From a virus: a DNA stretch of 64,000 bases. Position numbers and translations under genes: made by a program. The notes below the pieces were generated by a model. It ran no database searches and had not been told where the DNA came from. It worked only from the letters and a program-made list of their open reading frames with translations. This document shows, piece after piece, positions 18,819 to 29,005 of the stretch; the stretch's first letter is position 1; the number at the start of each line of letters is the position of its first letter. The stretch covers positions 1 to 64,000 of the IMG/VR virus record IMGVR_UViG_3300044608_001826, one strand, 5' to 3'.

Positions 18819-19344
18819 GCTTTAGGTTCCTGTAAATGGTTGAACGGTGAACGTTGAGTGCTGAGGCAACCTGCGAAACGCTGGCGCCTTGGCTCAGATA
18901 GGCTACCGCCAAACCGCGATCCGCGCCAGAGATTTTCGAGTTTTTCTGAGGGACATAGCAGAAATGATAAGGATTTGTGCATTTAGTATTTTTGCAGGTT
19001 AGTTTAGTTACACAGTCATCCTTAGGAATATCTAAGTACTTTAAGATTATGTTTCGTACATACAGCCTTTTTTTAAATAGGTATAGGCACGGGGTTTCGT
19101 TTGTGTGCGAGCCGGTCCACTCATCGCACTGATCGTATTTGAAGTTATTAAAAGCTAGTTTTTTAAATAAACACGACAGTAGTGTTTTACTCTCATCGCC
19201 ATAACTAACCTGAAACTTTTCTGCATCCAGAGCCCTACTTATATCCTCAGCCTGGGCGACAGCGTGGTTATTGTCGTTTGCGTAAATCGTTATTTTTTTC
19301 TCTGCTTTACCTTTCGTAATTGTGAGTATGTAAGATTCCTTCAC
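18766..19344 (-). CDS. degenerate His-Me-finger domain plus C-terminal HTH DNA-binding protein
   Basis: C.EWTG...C....C.NP.H; GASVSQVASALNVHRSTIYR resolvase-type HTH. Confidence 0.65.
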   Translation of the reverse strand: MKESYILTITKGKAEKKITIYANDNNHAVAQAEDISRALDAEKFQVSYGDESKTLLSCLFKKLAFNNFKYDQCDEWTGSHTNETPCLYLFKKRLYVRNIILKYLDIPKDDCVTKLTCKNTKCTNPYHFCYVPQKNSKISGADRGLAVAYLSQGASVSQVASALNVHRSTIYRNLKHECFHPRSASNGNGSGR

Positions 19345-19844
19345 TTACTTTTATTTTCTATAAAGAATCTCTTCAGTGTATGTCCACACTTAACCACACA
19401 GTTAAGAGTATTTGCCATCGTTATAGCGTCTTCATATGTCTTGAAAATTTGAGCTTTATCCCGATCAGAACCATATTTAACGACAGAGCCCTCTTTAAGC
19501 GTTTGATGTACAAAAGTCCCTGAGGGTGAAACGATCACCCAAATTTCCCTGTAATGTAGAGGCGTATGGCCAGCCACGTCGGCCTCAGTTAATAATTTTA
19601 TCGTCTCGATTATTTTAGGCTTTATTTTTGTCTTTAAAGAACTTTGTCTTTCTTTAGAGCAGGAATTTATTTTTTTCTCTTTTTTCAGTTTCCTTGCGTA
19701 GTTAGCCGCACGTAAGGGAGACTCGAAGTTCTCCTCGGTTATAAATACGTTTTCGTCAACCAGGATCACCCCGTGGTAAGACGCGTTTAATTTGATTGCC
19801 TGAATCTCCTTCTCTTTATTTAACTTCAGTTGAACGAGGTTCAT
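19341..19844 (-). CDS. hypothetical protein
   Basis: In operon; AQIFKTYEDA motif. Confidence 0.55.
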   Translation of the reverse strand: MNLVQLKLNKEKEIQAIKLNASYHGVILVDENVFITEENFESPLRAANYARKLKKEKKINSCSKERQSSLKTKIKPKIIETIKLLTEADVAGHTPLHYREIWVIVSPSGTFVHQTLKEGSVVKYGSDRDKAQIFKTYEDAITMANTLNCVVKCGHTLKRFFIENKSK

Positions 19845-19896
19845 TTACACTGCGTAACATGCGGCAATTTTATGAGGTTCTTCGCGATCTGGCAAT

Positions 19897-19925
19897 AAAA
19901 AAAAGCCCCGTTTTAAACGAGGCTT
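19897..19925 (-). terminator. rho-independent terminator
   Basis: Minus strand aagcctcgttt-aaaacggggctt plus T-run, after 19945..21198. Confidence 0.8.
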
Positions 19926-19944
19926 CCTTGTGTACTATTTACAT

Positions 19945-21198
19945 TTATTTCTTTTTCGCCGTCGTCTTTGCTGGTTCCTTTTTAGCTGCCTGAGCTTTGG
20001 CCTTCGCTTTAGCTGCGGCTTCTGCCGCTGCTTTTGCTTTTGCCTTAGCTTCCTCGACAGCCCGTTGCTCTGCTTTAGTCCGTTCGGATCGCTCTTTATC
20101 CGCTTGAAGCCTCTCCAGTTGGAGTTTAGCTTTAGATGCTTCTAGGGCTTTATTGTCTGCTTTCGTGCGGTCCTCTTTGGGAACGGACTTTGTTTCTTTT
20201 ACAGTTTCCTTAGCTTTTATGACCTGAGCTTTTGCTTTAGCATTCGTCGCTTTAGCAGGAGTTGTCTGTTTAGAGGAGGTTTGTTGTCCGCCGGAAGTTT
20301 GCAACCCTCCCCCCGTGGACATTTGACCCGCCAGTTGATTCGTAGCAGCCGTTGTCTTAGGAGTCGCACCTTTACCTGGGGCGTATGGTCCCGTCCCCGT
20401 GGGCACGTTACTGACGGAGGTCGTAGACCCGCCCATCTGGCTCTCAAGCTGAGTTGTATTTGCTCTCTGTGCAGGAGTGGACCTAACCCCAGCCGGGGTG
20501 GGAGCGGTAATACCTAATCCCAGAGTCTCCTTCGCCACCTTGCCGAAATTCACGTTGGGACCTAAGCCCTGCGCGTAGTCCTGCATTTGCTTATCCGTAA
20601 CTCCCTGCGAGCGGAGATACTCAATATCTTTCATACCAAACCCTGCACCCCCTCGTGACTTTATGTCATAAGTGCCTAAGTCGAAGCCGCTTTTTGCTGG
20701 TTTGCTCGGCGCAGGTTTTTCTCGGGTTGGCCCAGGTTCAACAAAAGTTTGTCCTCCAATTCCACCGAATTTCGGTGTTTGGGGAGCGCCCACAGTGGTC
20801 GAGACGGGAGCAGTTTGCGTTTGCGCCGCTCCAGTAACTCCTTTTACACTTGCATCTACGTTTCCGATATTGCTGAACGAGGGAGACATCGTGCTAGAAA
20901 TTGACACGTTGCCCATAGTTACCGAACCACTTACGGGTCGCATAAGTTCCGGGCCGCCGCGCCCTAGTCGACTGCCTCTTACGGTTTTACCTGCTCCAAC
21001 AGCGCCGCCACCCTGAACACTGAAGCTTATAGGCGCACTCATTTGAGGCGCAAATGAACCTGCGTAACCGACTTCAGGAGCCACGGCTTGAGTCCCACCT
21101 GCCATGGTTGGGGTGGAAACGGCTGCCGTATCAGGAGTAAAAGTAGTCTCGGAAGTTTGTGTATTGGTATTTTTAACGTTTGCGAATCTACGAGCCAC
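19945..21198 (-). CDS. low-complexity protein with K/A-rich tail; paralog of 21263..22339
   Basis: Shares the STPTM.GGTQ... and FDL..YD...FG..D.E.LRS.G modules with its neighbour. Confidence 0.7.
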   Translation of the reverse strand: MARRFANVKNTNTQTSETTFTPDTAAVSTPTMAGGTQAVAPEVGYAGSFAPQMSAPISFSVQGGGAVGAGKTVRGSRLGRGGPELMRPVSGSVTMGNVSISSTMSPSFSNIGNVDASVKGVTGAAQTQTAPVSTTVGAPQTPKFGGIGGQTFVEPGPTREKPAPSKPAKSGFDLGTYDIKSRGGAGFGMKDIEYLRSQGVTDKQMQDYAQGLGPNVNFGKVAKETLGLGITAPTPAGVRSTPAQRANTTQLESQMGGSTTSVSNVPTGTGPYAPGKGATPKTTAATNQLAGQMSTGGGLQTSGGQQTSSKQTTPAKATNAKAKAQVIKAKETVKETKSVPKEDRTKADNKALEASKAKLQLERLQADKERSERTKAEQRAVEEAKAKAKAAAEAAAKAKAKAQAAKKEPAKTTAKKK

Positions 21199-21262
21199 TA
21201 GATCGAAGGCGTACTTAATCTAAGTATACCTTCGATTTAGTTTTGAGATAGCTCAGTACGAC

Positions 21263-22339
21263 TTACTTCCTTTTAGCTTTAGCCTTCTCTATCAGGTTGT
21301 CTACTTCTGCGCGTATACCTCCAATGTCCGTTGTTATGCCTCCTTTTTGCTCCAACGATTCTGCGGTTACACCATCAATGCTGGCTGCGATATTCCCGAT
21401 ATCTTTATAAGTTGGCGACATCTCACTGCTAATGCGGATGTTACCAACATCCCCACCTCCCCTGATTGTCTGACTAATAGGAGCTTTCATCTCAGGAGAG
21501 AATGAGCCGCCATAAGTAACGCTAGGAGACACAATTTGCGTTCCCCCAAGCATCGTGGGAGTAGATACAGTCGACGTTTCTGGTCTGTAGGTCGAGGTTA
21601 TATTTGAAATTGTTTTATTCAGTAGTTCTGTAGCTCTTTCTGGTGTTTGTTCTCTATCGGATTTTAGTCCCTGTATTTTATCCCTGAGTTCTTGATTAGT
21701 TGCTTTTAATTCGTCAATTCGTTCCTCTTTTTTTGTAGGTGCCTGAGGGGTTTCTGGAGTTCTTACGGACCCCAAGCCTAGTGCAGACGCAGCTCTACCC
21801 CCGATTAATGCCGAATCCAGACCCTCGGCGTATTTTGTAATTTCTTTATCACTTAATCCCTTGGATCTCAGAAATTCTAAATCTCTGATACCGAATTTTT
21901 GTCCGCCCTTTGTCGCCGGATCATATGAGGCCAAATCGAATTCTTTTTTACCGCCCCCTCGCGGAGCAACCATCTCTGCCGCACGATCTTCGATAGTACG
22001 CCCAGTACCACCTTTGTAAGCTTTTCGAATTTCCTTATTCGAATAACCTGCATCCTTAAATTGTTCTACGTATTCGGGTCTTAAATTAGCGCCCGAAGAC
22101 AAGCGATCAAGACCGAATATAGCCGCAGCTTGCGAACCGAGTGGTATCTCCTGCTTTTTAATCCATTTAGCTAATTGAGAATCACTAACACCTCTGGCCC
22201 TTAAGCTTTCTATTTCAGGTAAATTTAGTTCATCGCCATAGGCCCCTTTTTTAAGGAAGGTTTTTGCGCCACCCTTTGTCATGGCTCCGCCCCCATAACC
22301 TGCGGCGGCCATTTGGGCTCGCATCGGCATATCGCCCAT
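21263..22339 (-). CDS. repeat-containing protein; paralog of 19945..21198
   Basis: Three G(V/Y/L)S(D/N).(Q/E)(L/I) helical repeats plus the shared modules. Confidence 0.7.
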   Translation of the reverse strand: MGDMPMRAQMAAAGYGGGAMTKGGAKTFLKKGAYGDELNLPEIESLRARGVSDSQLAKWIKKQEIPLGSQAAAIFGLDRLSSGANLRPEYVEQFKDAGYSNKEIRKAYKGGTGRTIEDRAAEMVAPRGGGKKEFDLASYDPATKGGQKFGIRDLEFLRSKGLSDKEITKYAEGLDSALIGGRAASALGLGSVRTPETPQAPTKKEERIDELKATNQELRDKIQGLKSDREQTPERATELLNKTISNITSTYRPETSTVSTPTMLGGTQIVSPSVTYGGSFSPEMKAPISQTIRGGGDVGNIRISSEMSPTYKDIGNIAASIDGVTAESLEQKGGITTDIGGIRAEVDNLIEKAKAKRK

Positions 22340-22377
22340 TTTGGTTAGAAATACTCTTTACTCACTATAGCTTAACG

Positions 22378-24273
22378 TTATTTGTCCGCCCAGGATAAAC
22401 CTATGCCTGCATCTGCTTCAGCAGGTACTGTCTTAAGGACAACTTCTGCCGCAGAGATCATCGCCTCTTCTAATATTCGTTTATAATCTTCTGCTAACTC
22501 CTCTTTAACTTCCAATACGATTTCGTCGTGTACACACGCAACCATACGGGCATCGTCATTTAAATGTTGGTTTAGTTTAGATATAGCTATTTTTAAGATG
22601 TCCGCACCTGAGCCTTGTATAAGTGTGTTAGCACTACACATCATAGTAGCGTCATCGTAGCTTAAAAGTCTGCGGCGCCCACAGGCAGTTCGTACGTAAG
22701 CCCATCCATCTGCTACAAGAGCCGCTCTCTCTTTATGCCATTCACGCAAGCGTGGATACGCAGCATGGAACGCTGTATGAGCGACCTTAGCTTCCGACAG
22801 GCTGATTAATTTTCCGCTTTGAGCTGCGTATGTTTTATATTTTCTATAACCCATGCCATACAGTAACGCAAAGTTAAGAGTTTTACCATCCTGCCTCTCA
22901 TCTTTACTGACTTCATTCACATCTTTCTTATATATCAAACTCGCAGTCATCGTGTGAAGGTCAATTTTTTCTTTAAAAGCCTGCTTCATTTGAGGGATAT
23001 TTACGAGTTCTGCACCTAGTCGCAGTTCGATCTGAGCCCAGTCACAAATAATTAATTTGAAGCCTGGAGTAGTTATGAAAGCACTTCGGAAGTCTTTCGA
23101 GCGAGGTACCTGCTGGATGTTTACACCAAAAACTGATTTGATTTTACTCGCAGCGACCTTGGGAGCTCCACTACTTGTAAATCTCCCAGAGTTTGCCCCA
23201 TATTGATTGTAACCTGAGTGCATCCTGTGAGATATAGGGTTCACGTTTGCGAGTAATTTCTCTACGTGTTCCAGACGAGTTTCTGATTTGGCTCTGTCTC
23301 TATAAAGGTTTAGAGTCGTATCGTCGCTATCAAATTCAGCTAAGTCCACCTGATTGAGCGTGGGTTTTTCGGTTGTTTTCGAGAGTGGAACCGCTATCCC
23401 GCAGAGTTGGAAGGCCCGTATTACTTGTTGAGTTGATCCAGGATTAAATTCTTTCTTTGCATCTTTCCCAACAGCTATTTCTCCCGTTACTCGTTTAGGT
23501 AGTTTTTCGCCATCCGGCAGGCGAGCGTTTAGTTCCAGTACGAATTTATGAGTTTTTTCTTCAACTTCTTTTTCTACTTTAATTTTTAAGTCCTTTAATT
23601 TTTGAATGTCAACATTAAATCCTGTGCGACACATCATGGCCACAGGACGTATGCACTGACTTTCTAAAGAGTAAATCGATAGCAGGTTCTCTTCTTTTAG
23701 TTCTTCGAGCTGCTGTCGGGCGATAAGAGGTAGGACTAAAACGTCCTTAGCGGAGTACTTAATCTGTTCTTCGTTAAGTTCGTCTGCGCTCCAGTCAGAC
23801 ACTTGCTGCTCTTTATCTAGTTCGAGGCCCAGCCTTCTTTCAGCCACGGCTTTCAAACTGCAGGAAATATCTGCGAAGTAAGGCTTTTTCGTCTTTGGGG
23901 CTATCTTTCTTTCTTTGAAACCTGCTCTCAGTACCTTCTCGGCAATAAACGTACAGAAAACACGGTTTTTATAATCGCAGTTTATGGAGTAAAGAAACTG
24001 CAGATCGAAGTTTGCGTTGTGGATTACTAATGTTTCTCTCGATTCTATGTAGGTTTTAATTGGTTTCGATGAGATTTTAAACATATCGAACACATAAACG
24101 ATTTTATCTTCTTCACTTTCTTGCTCAGCAGAGCACATTTGGACTAAGCGAAGCTTGGCCACCCAACTGTCTAAACCAGTTGTTTCTGTGTCCAACGCTA
24201 TTTTTTTAGAGTCCTCCAGGTCAAGTAAAGCTTGTTTTGCTTCAACGTCTGATGTGATGTACTTAACTTTCAT
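22378..24273 (-). CDS. polA: family A DNA polymerase with 3'-5' exonuclease
   Basis: ALDTETTG, HNANFD (exonuclease); SGRFTSS, NIQQVP, DWAQIELR, R..GK.LNF..LYG, IQGSGAD, VHDE. Confidence 0.96.
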   Translation of the reverse strand: MKVKYITSDVEAKQALLDLEDSKKIALDTETTGLDSWVAKLRLVQMCSAEQESEEDKIVYVFDMFKISSKPIKTYIESRETLVIHNANFDLQFLYSINCDYKNRVFCTFIAEKVLRAGFKERKIAPKTKKPYFADISCSLKAVAERRLGLELDKEQQVSDWSADELNEEQIKYSAKDVLVLPLIARQQLEELKEENLLSIYSLESQCIRPVAMMCRTGFNVDIQKLKDLKIKVEKEVEEKTHKFVLELNARLPDGEKLPKRVTGEIAVGKDAKKEFNPGSTQQVIRAFQLCGIAVPLSKTTEKPTLNQVDLAEFDSDDTTLNLYRDRAKSETRLEHVEKLLANVNPISHRMHSGYNQYGANSGRFTSSGAPKVAASKIKSVFGVNIQQVPRSKDFRSAFITTPGFKLIICDWAQIELRLGAELVNIPQMKQAFKEKIDLHTMTASLIYKKDVNEVSKDERQDGKTLNFALLYGMGYRKYKTYAAQSGKLISLSEAKVAHTAFHAAYPRLREWHKERAALVADGWAYVRTACGRRRLLSYDDATMMCSANTLIQGSGADILKIAISKLNQHLNDDARMVACVHDEIVLEVKEELAEDYKRILEEAMISAAEVVLKTVPAEADAGIGLSWADK

Positions 24274-24289
24274 GAGGTTTTTTGGGAAT

Positions 24290-24315
24290 AAAAGAGCCGC
24301 CTTTTCAGACGGCTC
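24290..24315 (-). terminator. rho-independent terminator upstream of polA
   Basis: Minus strand gagccgtc-tgaaaa-ggcggctc then tttt. Confidence 0.65.
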
Positions 24316-24343
24316 GGGAGGGCGTGTCTTTTCAGGAGCTAGT

Positions 24344-25132
24344 CTACGATGCTTGGCGCTGCCCGTGGAAGTTCATACGAATATAGTTATCGATATCCGC
24401 CCACGTCTCGTAGAGATCTTTACCTTTTTCTGTCGCTTTGAAGGAGTAGTACACACGCTGCATCTGCTCGGCATTCGGAGAGGTCTCGCGGTACGGAGAA
24501 CCAGTAGAAAGCCTCCGCCGTGAGCGGACGAGACCCTCCTCAACGCAGTAAGCAAGCCCCTCCCGTAAACCTAAGTAGATCGGAGCCACGTGGAAGGTAT
24601 GCCTGCGCTCAACCCCGTCACGGAGGAGGAGCGGCACCAAGGCACCTTCTTTAAACTCGAATCCTTTGAAGAACTTAGAGTTCTTTGCAACCGTAGGGTC
24701 GTTCCACATAAGGTTCGCAAAGAAGATCGCAGTTTCTCTCAGAGTCGACTCCTCCTTTGTTGACAACATCCTCATAATCATCGCAGCTCCTATCATCGGG
24801 TAGGAGGAGGACATGTTTATATCACTAATAATATCTTCTACGCTTTTTGTTTCATCTTTATATGGAATGATGTTTACTATTGTGTTTTTATTTTCTTTCT
24901 TCTTTGGAGCTTTATCCTTTGAAACGGATATCTTAAAAGCGAGAGAAGCAAGCTCTTGATTCTGGGTTTTTACAGCGAGATCAAAGAGTTTGCTACTGTT
25001 GAGTTCATCGACATTTACATAATCAGTAATGTCGATGTTGAGGGGTTTTTTGATCTTTGAGCTGGTCTGGATCAAAGCTTCCGCCTCTGCGTACAAGAGG
25101 GGTGAACCATGCAAAGAGAATTGAATGTCCAT
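24344..25132 (-). CDS. hypothetical protein, possible C-terminal winged helix
   Basis: Start taken as MDIQFSL; GLV...RVYYSFKATEKGKDL resembles a wHTH wing. Confidence 0.55.
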   Translation of the reverse strand: MDIQFSLHGSPLLYAEAEALIQTSSKIKKPLNIDITDYVNVDELNSSKLFDLAVKTQNQELASLAFKISVSKDKAPKKKENKNTIVNIIPYKDETKSVEDIISDINMSSSYPMIGAAMIMRMLSTKEESTLRETAIFFANLMWNDPTVAKNSKFFKGFEFKEGALVPLLLRDGVERRHTFHVAPIYLGLREGLAYCVEEGLVRSRRRLSTGSPYRETSPNAEQMQRVYYSFKATEKGKDLYETWADIDNYIRMNFHGQRQAS

Positions 25133-25200
25133 GTCAAAGGAAGGTCGGACTATGCAATGGTATCGAATAGACCCTGAAGAGCAGCCCCAATAATATTTAT

Positions 25201-25665
25201 TTAATATTTGGGTTCGAGCGAGGCTTCCCTGAATACGGCTTCGATGTTCTCGCTCCACTGCTTGATCTCGCAGGCTATGTCCAAGCTGAGGTCGCAAAAA
25301 TCTTGTGCGTCCAATCGAATGTCCTTAGACAACATTCTTAAATCCTCTACGCCAAAATTTAAGTCTGTGTAAGTAGATATCGGTAAGGTTACGTCGTAAA
25401 CAGCCCCCGTGGGGGAAGGAACCCCTTCAGTGTTTATATCTAATTGGGGCTTTAGCAGATTGAATGTCCCTAAGTTCTTTCTGTACTCAATTAGGCATCC
25501 ATTGAAACGTTTGCAGCAAACAAACTCTTTCGGTTCATCTATATAATCTATCGCTATCTTTATGCAGGAGTGAACCCAATTATATAAAATCTCCAAAGAG
25601 TTTTCAGTTAACTCATACTTTTGTAGGACATCCAGAATCGTCGCACTGCAGTCATCTTTTGACAT
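25201..25665 (-). CDS. hypothetical protein
   Basis: MSKDD... start overlaps the upstream stop. Confidence 0.55.
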   Translation of the reverse strand: MSKDDCSATILDVLQKYELTENSLEILYNWVHSCIKIAIDYIDEPKEFVCCKRFNGCLIEYRKNLGTFNLLKPQLDINTEGVPSPTGAVYDVTLPISTYTDLNFGVEDLRMLSKDIRLDAQDFCDLSLDIACEIKQWSENIEAVFREASLEPKY

Positions 25666-25868
25666 CAGAATTCTTGCAGCGCTTTCCAAACCATCTTCCC
25701 ATCTATCCTTCCTACACAGATGAATAATTTATCCTCTGTTGTATTCCACCACAGTGCCCCGAGTCGAGCTTTATGAGGGAGATCAGGACCATCGTCAACC
25801 TTCTGATCATTACCTACGTAACGATCATGTACGGAGCGGATAACGTCTGCTGGGGAGTCAGGAGCCAT
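25665..25868 (-). CDS. small hypothetical protein
   Basis: GALWWNTTEDKLFIC motif. Confidence 0.55.
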   Translation of the reverse strand: MAPDSPADVIRSVHDRYVGNDQKVDDGPDLPHKARLGALWWNTTEDKLFICVGRIDGKMVWKALQEF

Positions 25869-25884
25869 CGTAGGATCACCAATT

Positions 25885-27435
25885 TCAGTTTAAACATTTC
25901 TGAATAACATCAATGGTTTTATCTGCGTCGTTAATGTCTACACTGTAAACATCATCGCTGAAGGATCTGCACACGGGAGGTACTGTTGTATTTATACACA
26001 CAGTGCTCCATTGAACTCCTTTGTTCTTTTTAAGATCATTGAGTTCTTTTATTCTACTCGTGTTGACTTCGCTTTCGCCGTCCGTAATCAAGAGGATGTC
26101 GGATTTTTCTAACAGGGTAGGCGACCTCAGAGCGTGGATAAGAACAGCGTTGAAGGATGTGCCGCCCCCAAGAGTCCACGTCCCAACAAAGTTTAAAAGC
26201 TCTGTATTCTTCTTGTCGTCTCCTTTTAGTTGAACTGATCCGTTTATCTGGGTGTCGAAGAGATGAATCTCAACGTCTCTCTTGTTTTTAGCTGCTTCCT
26301 CCGCAACCATGAACGCGATTGCTTTGCTCCACAGTTCCGGTTGACCGGACATAGAGCCTGATGTATCGATGTAAACGATTATCGGACCTTTGCCGATATC
26401 CTTTCTATGTGCTGTGTAGTCTTTAGTAAGCAAGCTCTTCTGAGTGTACCTGAGAGCGAACAAAGCTTTACCTTCCGGACTTGAAGCCAGTGCCATCTCT
26501 GCTGGGAATGCTCGAACAATATCGTCACTAAAAGAGACTCCCTTAATCTCTTCGTAAGTTGAAGCTATTTTCTTAGCTCGCTTACGCTCCTGCCAGATCC
26601 TGCGAAGAGCTCCAAGCTTTTCGACTAGCTTGCGAAGCTCGCGATTCGAGCGCAGTTTTTTAGCCAGCTCCAGCTTCTCCTGAAGGTTTGTCGTGTGCTT
26701 CCCTTTTCCCGGAGTGTCACCGTGGAGAGCACTGAGAGCCTCCGAAATATCGTCATTAGCCTGCAGAGCTCGGTCAACAACCTTCTGCGTTTTACTCTGC
26801 ATAGTTGGCTGTAGCTCTTGTAAAGCTTCTAAGATTTTCTGTCCCAACTTCTTACCTTGTTGCCTCGCCTTCTCAGCTTCTTCTTTATCGCCAGCTGCAT
26901 TAGCTTCTGCGAATTTCTCTCTCAGTTTTTCGAGCTCGTCGCCAGATCCGGTGAGAAGCTTTACGTCAAACTTCGACTGCTCTATTGCTTCTTCGATTAC
27001 TTTCGATAACTCGTTCAGGATGTTGATGGCATTATTACCTGCATTAAATTGATTCCCAACACTGCGCTCAAGCAAAGCTGGCCATGCTGCTGCCTGAGAG
27101 AGGTGAGCCATTATGGAGTACCACAAGGAATTCTCCGGCTTGTACCCTTGCGGGACAGCGCTGGTGTCACCATCACAGAAAGCCCTGAAGTAGTCTTCGA
27201 ATGCACTTTCTGTGACTAACCACGCAACATCATCTGCGTTATAAAGACGTTCAAATAACTCTTTGCCGAAGCGTGAGAGTTGTTTGATGTTGTATTGCTC
27301 TACAAGGTAGGTGATCGAAGGACGCGAATCCCTGATGAAGTCGTCCCATAAGAAGTCCGCAAGGGCGGAGCAAGCGAGTGTGAGAGGCTGTTCGTTTACA
27401 AGGCGGACAAATTCAGTCTGTTTGTCTTGTGTCAT
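25885..27435 (-). CDS. vWA domain protein (ViaA-like)
   Basis: KGPIIVYIDTSGSM (MIDAS), GGT.F, DILLITDGE. Confidence 0.9.
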   Translation of the reverse strand: MTQDKQTEFVRLVNEQPLTLACSALADFLWDDFIRDSRPSITYLVEQYNIKQLSRFGKELFERLYNADDVAWLVTESAFEDYFRAFCDGDTSAVPQGYKPENSLWYSIMAHLSQAAAWPALLERSVGNQFNAGNNAINILNELSKVIEEAIEQSKFDVKLLTGSGDELEKLREKFAEANAAGDKEEAEKARQQGKKLGQKILEALQELQPTMQSKTQKVVDRALQANDDISEALSALHGDTPGKGKHTTNLQEKLELAKKLRSNRELRKLVEKLGALRRIWQERKRAKKIASTYEEIKGVSFSDDIVRAFPAEMALASSPEGKALFALRYTQKSLLTKDYTAHRKDIGKGPIIVYIDTSGSMSGQPELWSKAIAFMVAEEAAKNKRDVEIHLFDTQINGSVQLKGDDKKNTELLNFVGTWTLGGGTSFNAVLIHALRSPTLLEKSDILLITDGESEVNTSRIKELNDLKKNKGVQWSTVCINTTVPPVCRSFSDDVYSVDINDADKTIDVIQKCLN

Positions 27436-27595
27436 TTTGTTGCAGGAGTTTAAGTAATTGAACTTTTTTCTCCTCTACCAAGTGAGCAGAGGATACTGTA
27501 GCAGTTAACCCAGATACGTGCTGCACCTTGTAGCAATCGTTGCCGCACGTATCTACGTAGAAGTTTACATCAAACTCTGTATCGTCTATGATCAC
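27413..27595 (-). CDS. small hypothetical protein
   Basis: TVSSAHLVEEK..QL motif; overlaps both neighbours. Confidence 0.55.
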   Translation of the reverse strand: MIIDDTEFDVNFYVDTCGNDCYKVQHVSGLTATVSSAHLVEEKKVQLLKLLQQNDTRQTD

Positions 27596-28779
27596 CCGCT
27601 GAGCTCACTAATCTCTTTCGCTAGTGTATCGCAGTTATTCTCTAAAGCTTGAATAAGCTTCATCCCATTGGATCGTGAGGTTATCGACATCCTGTAACGG
27701 CTGCTATCGATAATTTCATTGACTTTCTCTTTAACTGTCACCATATCCTTGTAGTACTTTTTCAAGAGCCCGACAAACTCATTGAGGTCACCTAAGCCCT
27801 TTCCCTGATACCTGTGGGAGTACGTAGTGAACTCCGACATGATCCCTGCAGCAGCTCGCTTAGCGTCGCTGAAAATCTTATCTGCTGTCGGGATTTCTTG
27901 ATCTAAGACTTCCTTAATAACACCTTGATCCTCTTCGTTTTGATAAACAATATGGACAAGGCTGTCGTGCATGTGCTCTGCATACAGTTCATCGTCGCCT
28001 TGAACTACTGCCCACGCTTTGAGGAACTTGAGAATCTGCACTCGCCGCCTGTCAGAAACAGTGATGTTTCTGCTGGCAAGAAGGTCCCATACTGAGCTGT
28101 ACTTAGTGAGGAACTCTTCCCCAACCTGAACAGAGGCTACATGTTCTTGAAGTTCCTTTAACTCTGACAGAGTTAGGCAATCCGTAACGGTAGGGCGCTG
28201 CGTGATACCCAAAGCCCATTCGTCTAGCTTTCGCTTTGATACGGGCTTCCTAAGCAGATTCACCGTGGGGCGGAACAGGAAACGATCCGCGAAAGCCTGC
28301 AAGGATTCCTCCTCCGGCCAGCTATTCGTCGCGGCGATTATTGACTCAATCGGCGTGGTGATTACGTCCTTGCCGTTATTGAAAGTTCGCTCATTAAGGA
28401 GAGTCAAGAGAGAGTTCAGGATTGCCGAGCTACCACGGAACAGCTCGTCTAGAAAAGCAATATGTGCGCTAGGCAAATAGCCATCCACATCACGAGTGTA
28501 CTCATCGTTAAGCAGTTTCGTTACTGCTACTGGACCGAAAACCTCTGAGGGATCTGTTGTTGGTGTTAGAAGATAGCCGAAGTAGTTAGCGTCTACGATA
28601 CCGTTACACACGCTTCGTACTAAGTCAGACTTACCTGTACCAGGAACCCCCAGAAGAAATGCGTTCTGTTTGCTAAGGATGCACGCAAGCAGCCCATCGA
28701 TAACATGTTCCCGTTCTAGGGTCGCTGCGTTTAGATCGCTCCGAAAGTTTTGAAGTTTGGCGAAGAGAGTGTCGTTCAT
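27592..28779 (-). CDS. MoxR-family AAA+ ATPase (RavA-like)
   Basis: GVPGTGKS, SEVFGP, AFLDE.F....ILN.LL..LNER, A.N..P, F.DRF, SDRR. Confidence 0.92.
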   Translation of the reverse strand: MNDTLFAKLQNFRSDLNAATLEREHVIDGLLACILSKQNAFLLGVPGTGKSDLVRSVCNGIVDANYFGYLLTPTTDPSEVFGPVAVTKLLNDEYTRDVDGYLPSAHIAFLDELFRGSSAILNSLLTLLNERTFNNGKDVITTPIESIIAATNSWPEEESLQAFADRFLFRPTVNLLRKPVSKRKLDEWALGITQRPTVTDCLTLSELKELQEHVASVQVGEEFLTKYSSVWDLLASRNITVSDRRRVQILKFLKAWAVVQGDDELYAEHMHDSLVHIVYQNEEDQGVIKEVLDQEIPTADKIFSDAKRAAAGIMSEFTTYSHRYQGKGLGDLNEFVGLLKKYYKDMVTVKEKVNEIIDSSRYRMSITSRSNGMKLIQALENNCDTLAKEISELSG

Positions 28780-28786
28780 TGGAAGG

Positions 28787-29005
28787 TCAGAAGGAGGATT
28801 CAAGAAGGGAATTTTTTCGTGGGAAAGGGACTGTTTCCTCAGTGATCCAGCACTGAGTGTTTAAGTAGCCGCTCACAGTTTTAAGTCTGTTAGTTGCGGT
28901 ATCAAAACTCGCAAACTGAACGGCTTTATCTACGGCGTACGTATACTTTTCTACGTCTTGTAGAAAACCTTTCTCGGATTTGATGACGAAAACAGTGCGG
29001 TCCAT
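28787..29005 (-). CDS. hypothetical protein
   Basis: Coupled ORF; AVQFASFDTA. Confidence 0.55.
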   Translation of the reverse strand: MDRTVFVIKSEKGFLQDVEKYTYAVDKAVQFASFDTATNRLKTVSGYLNTQCWITEETVPFPRKNSLLESSF

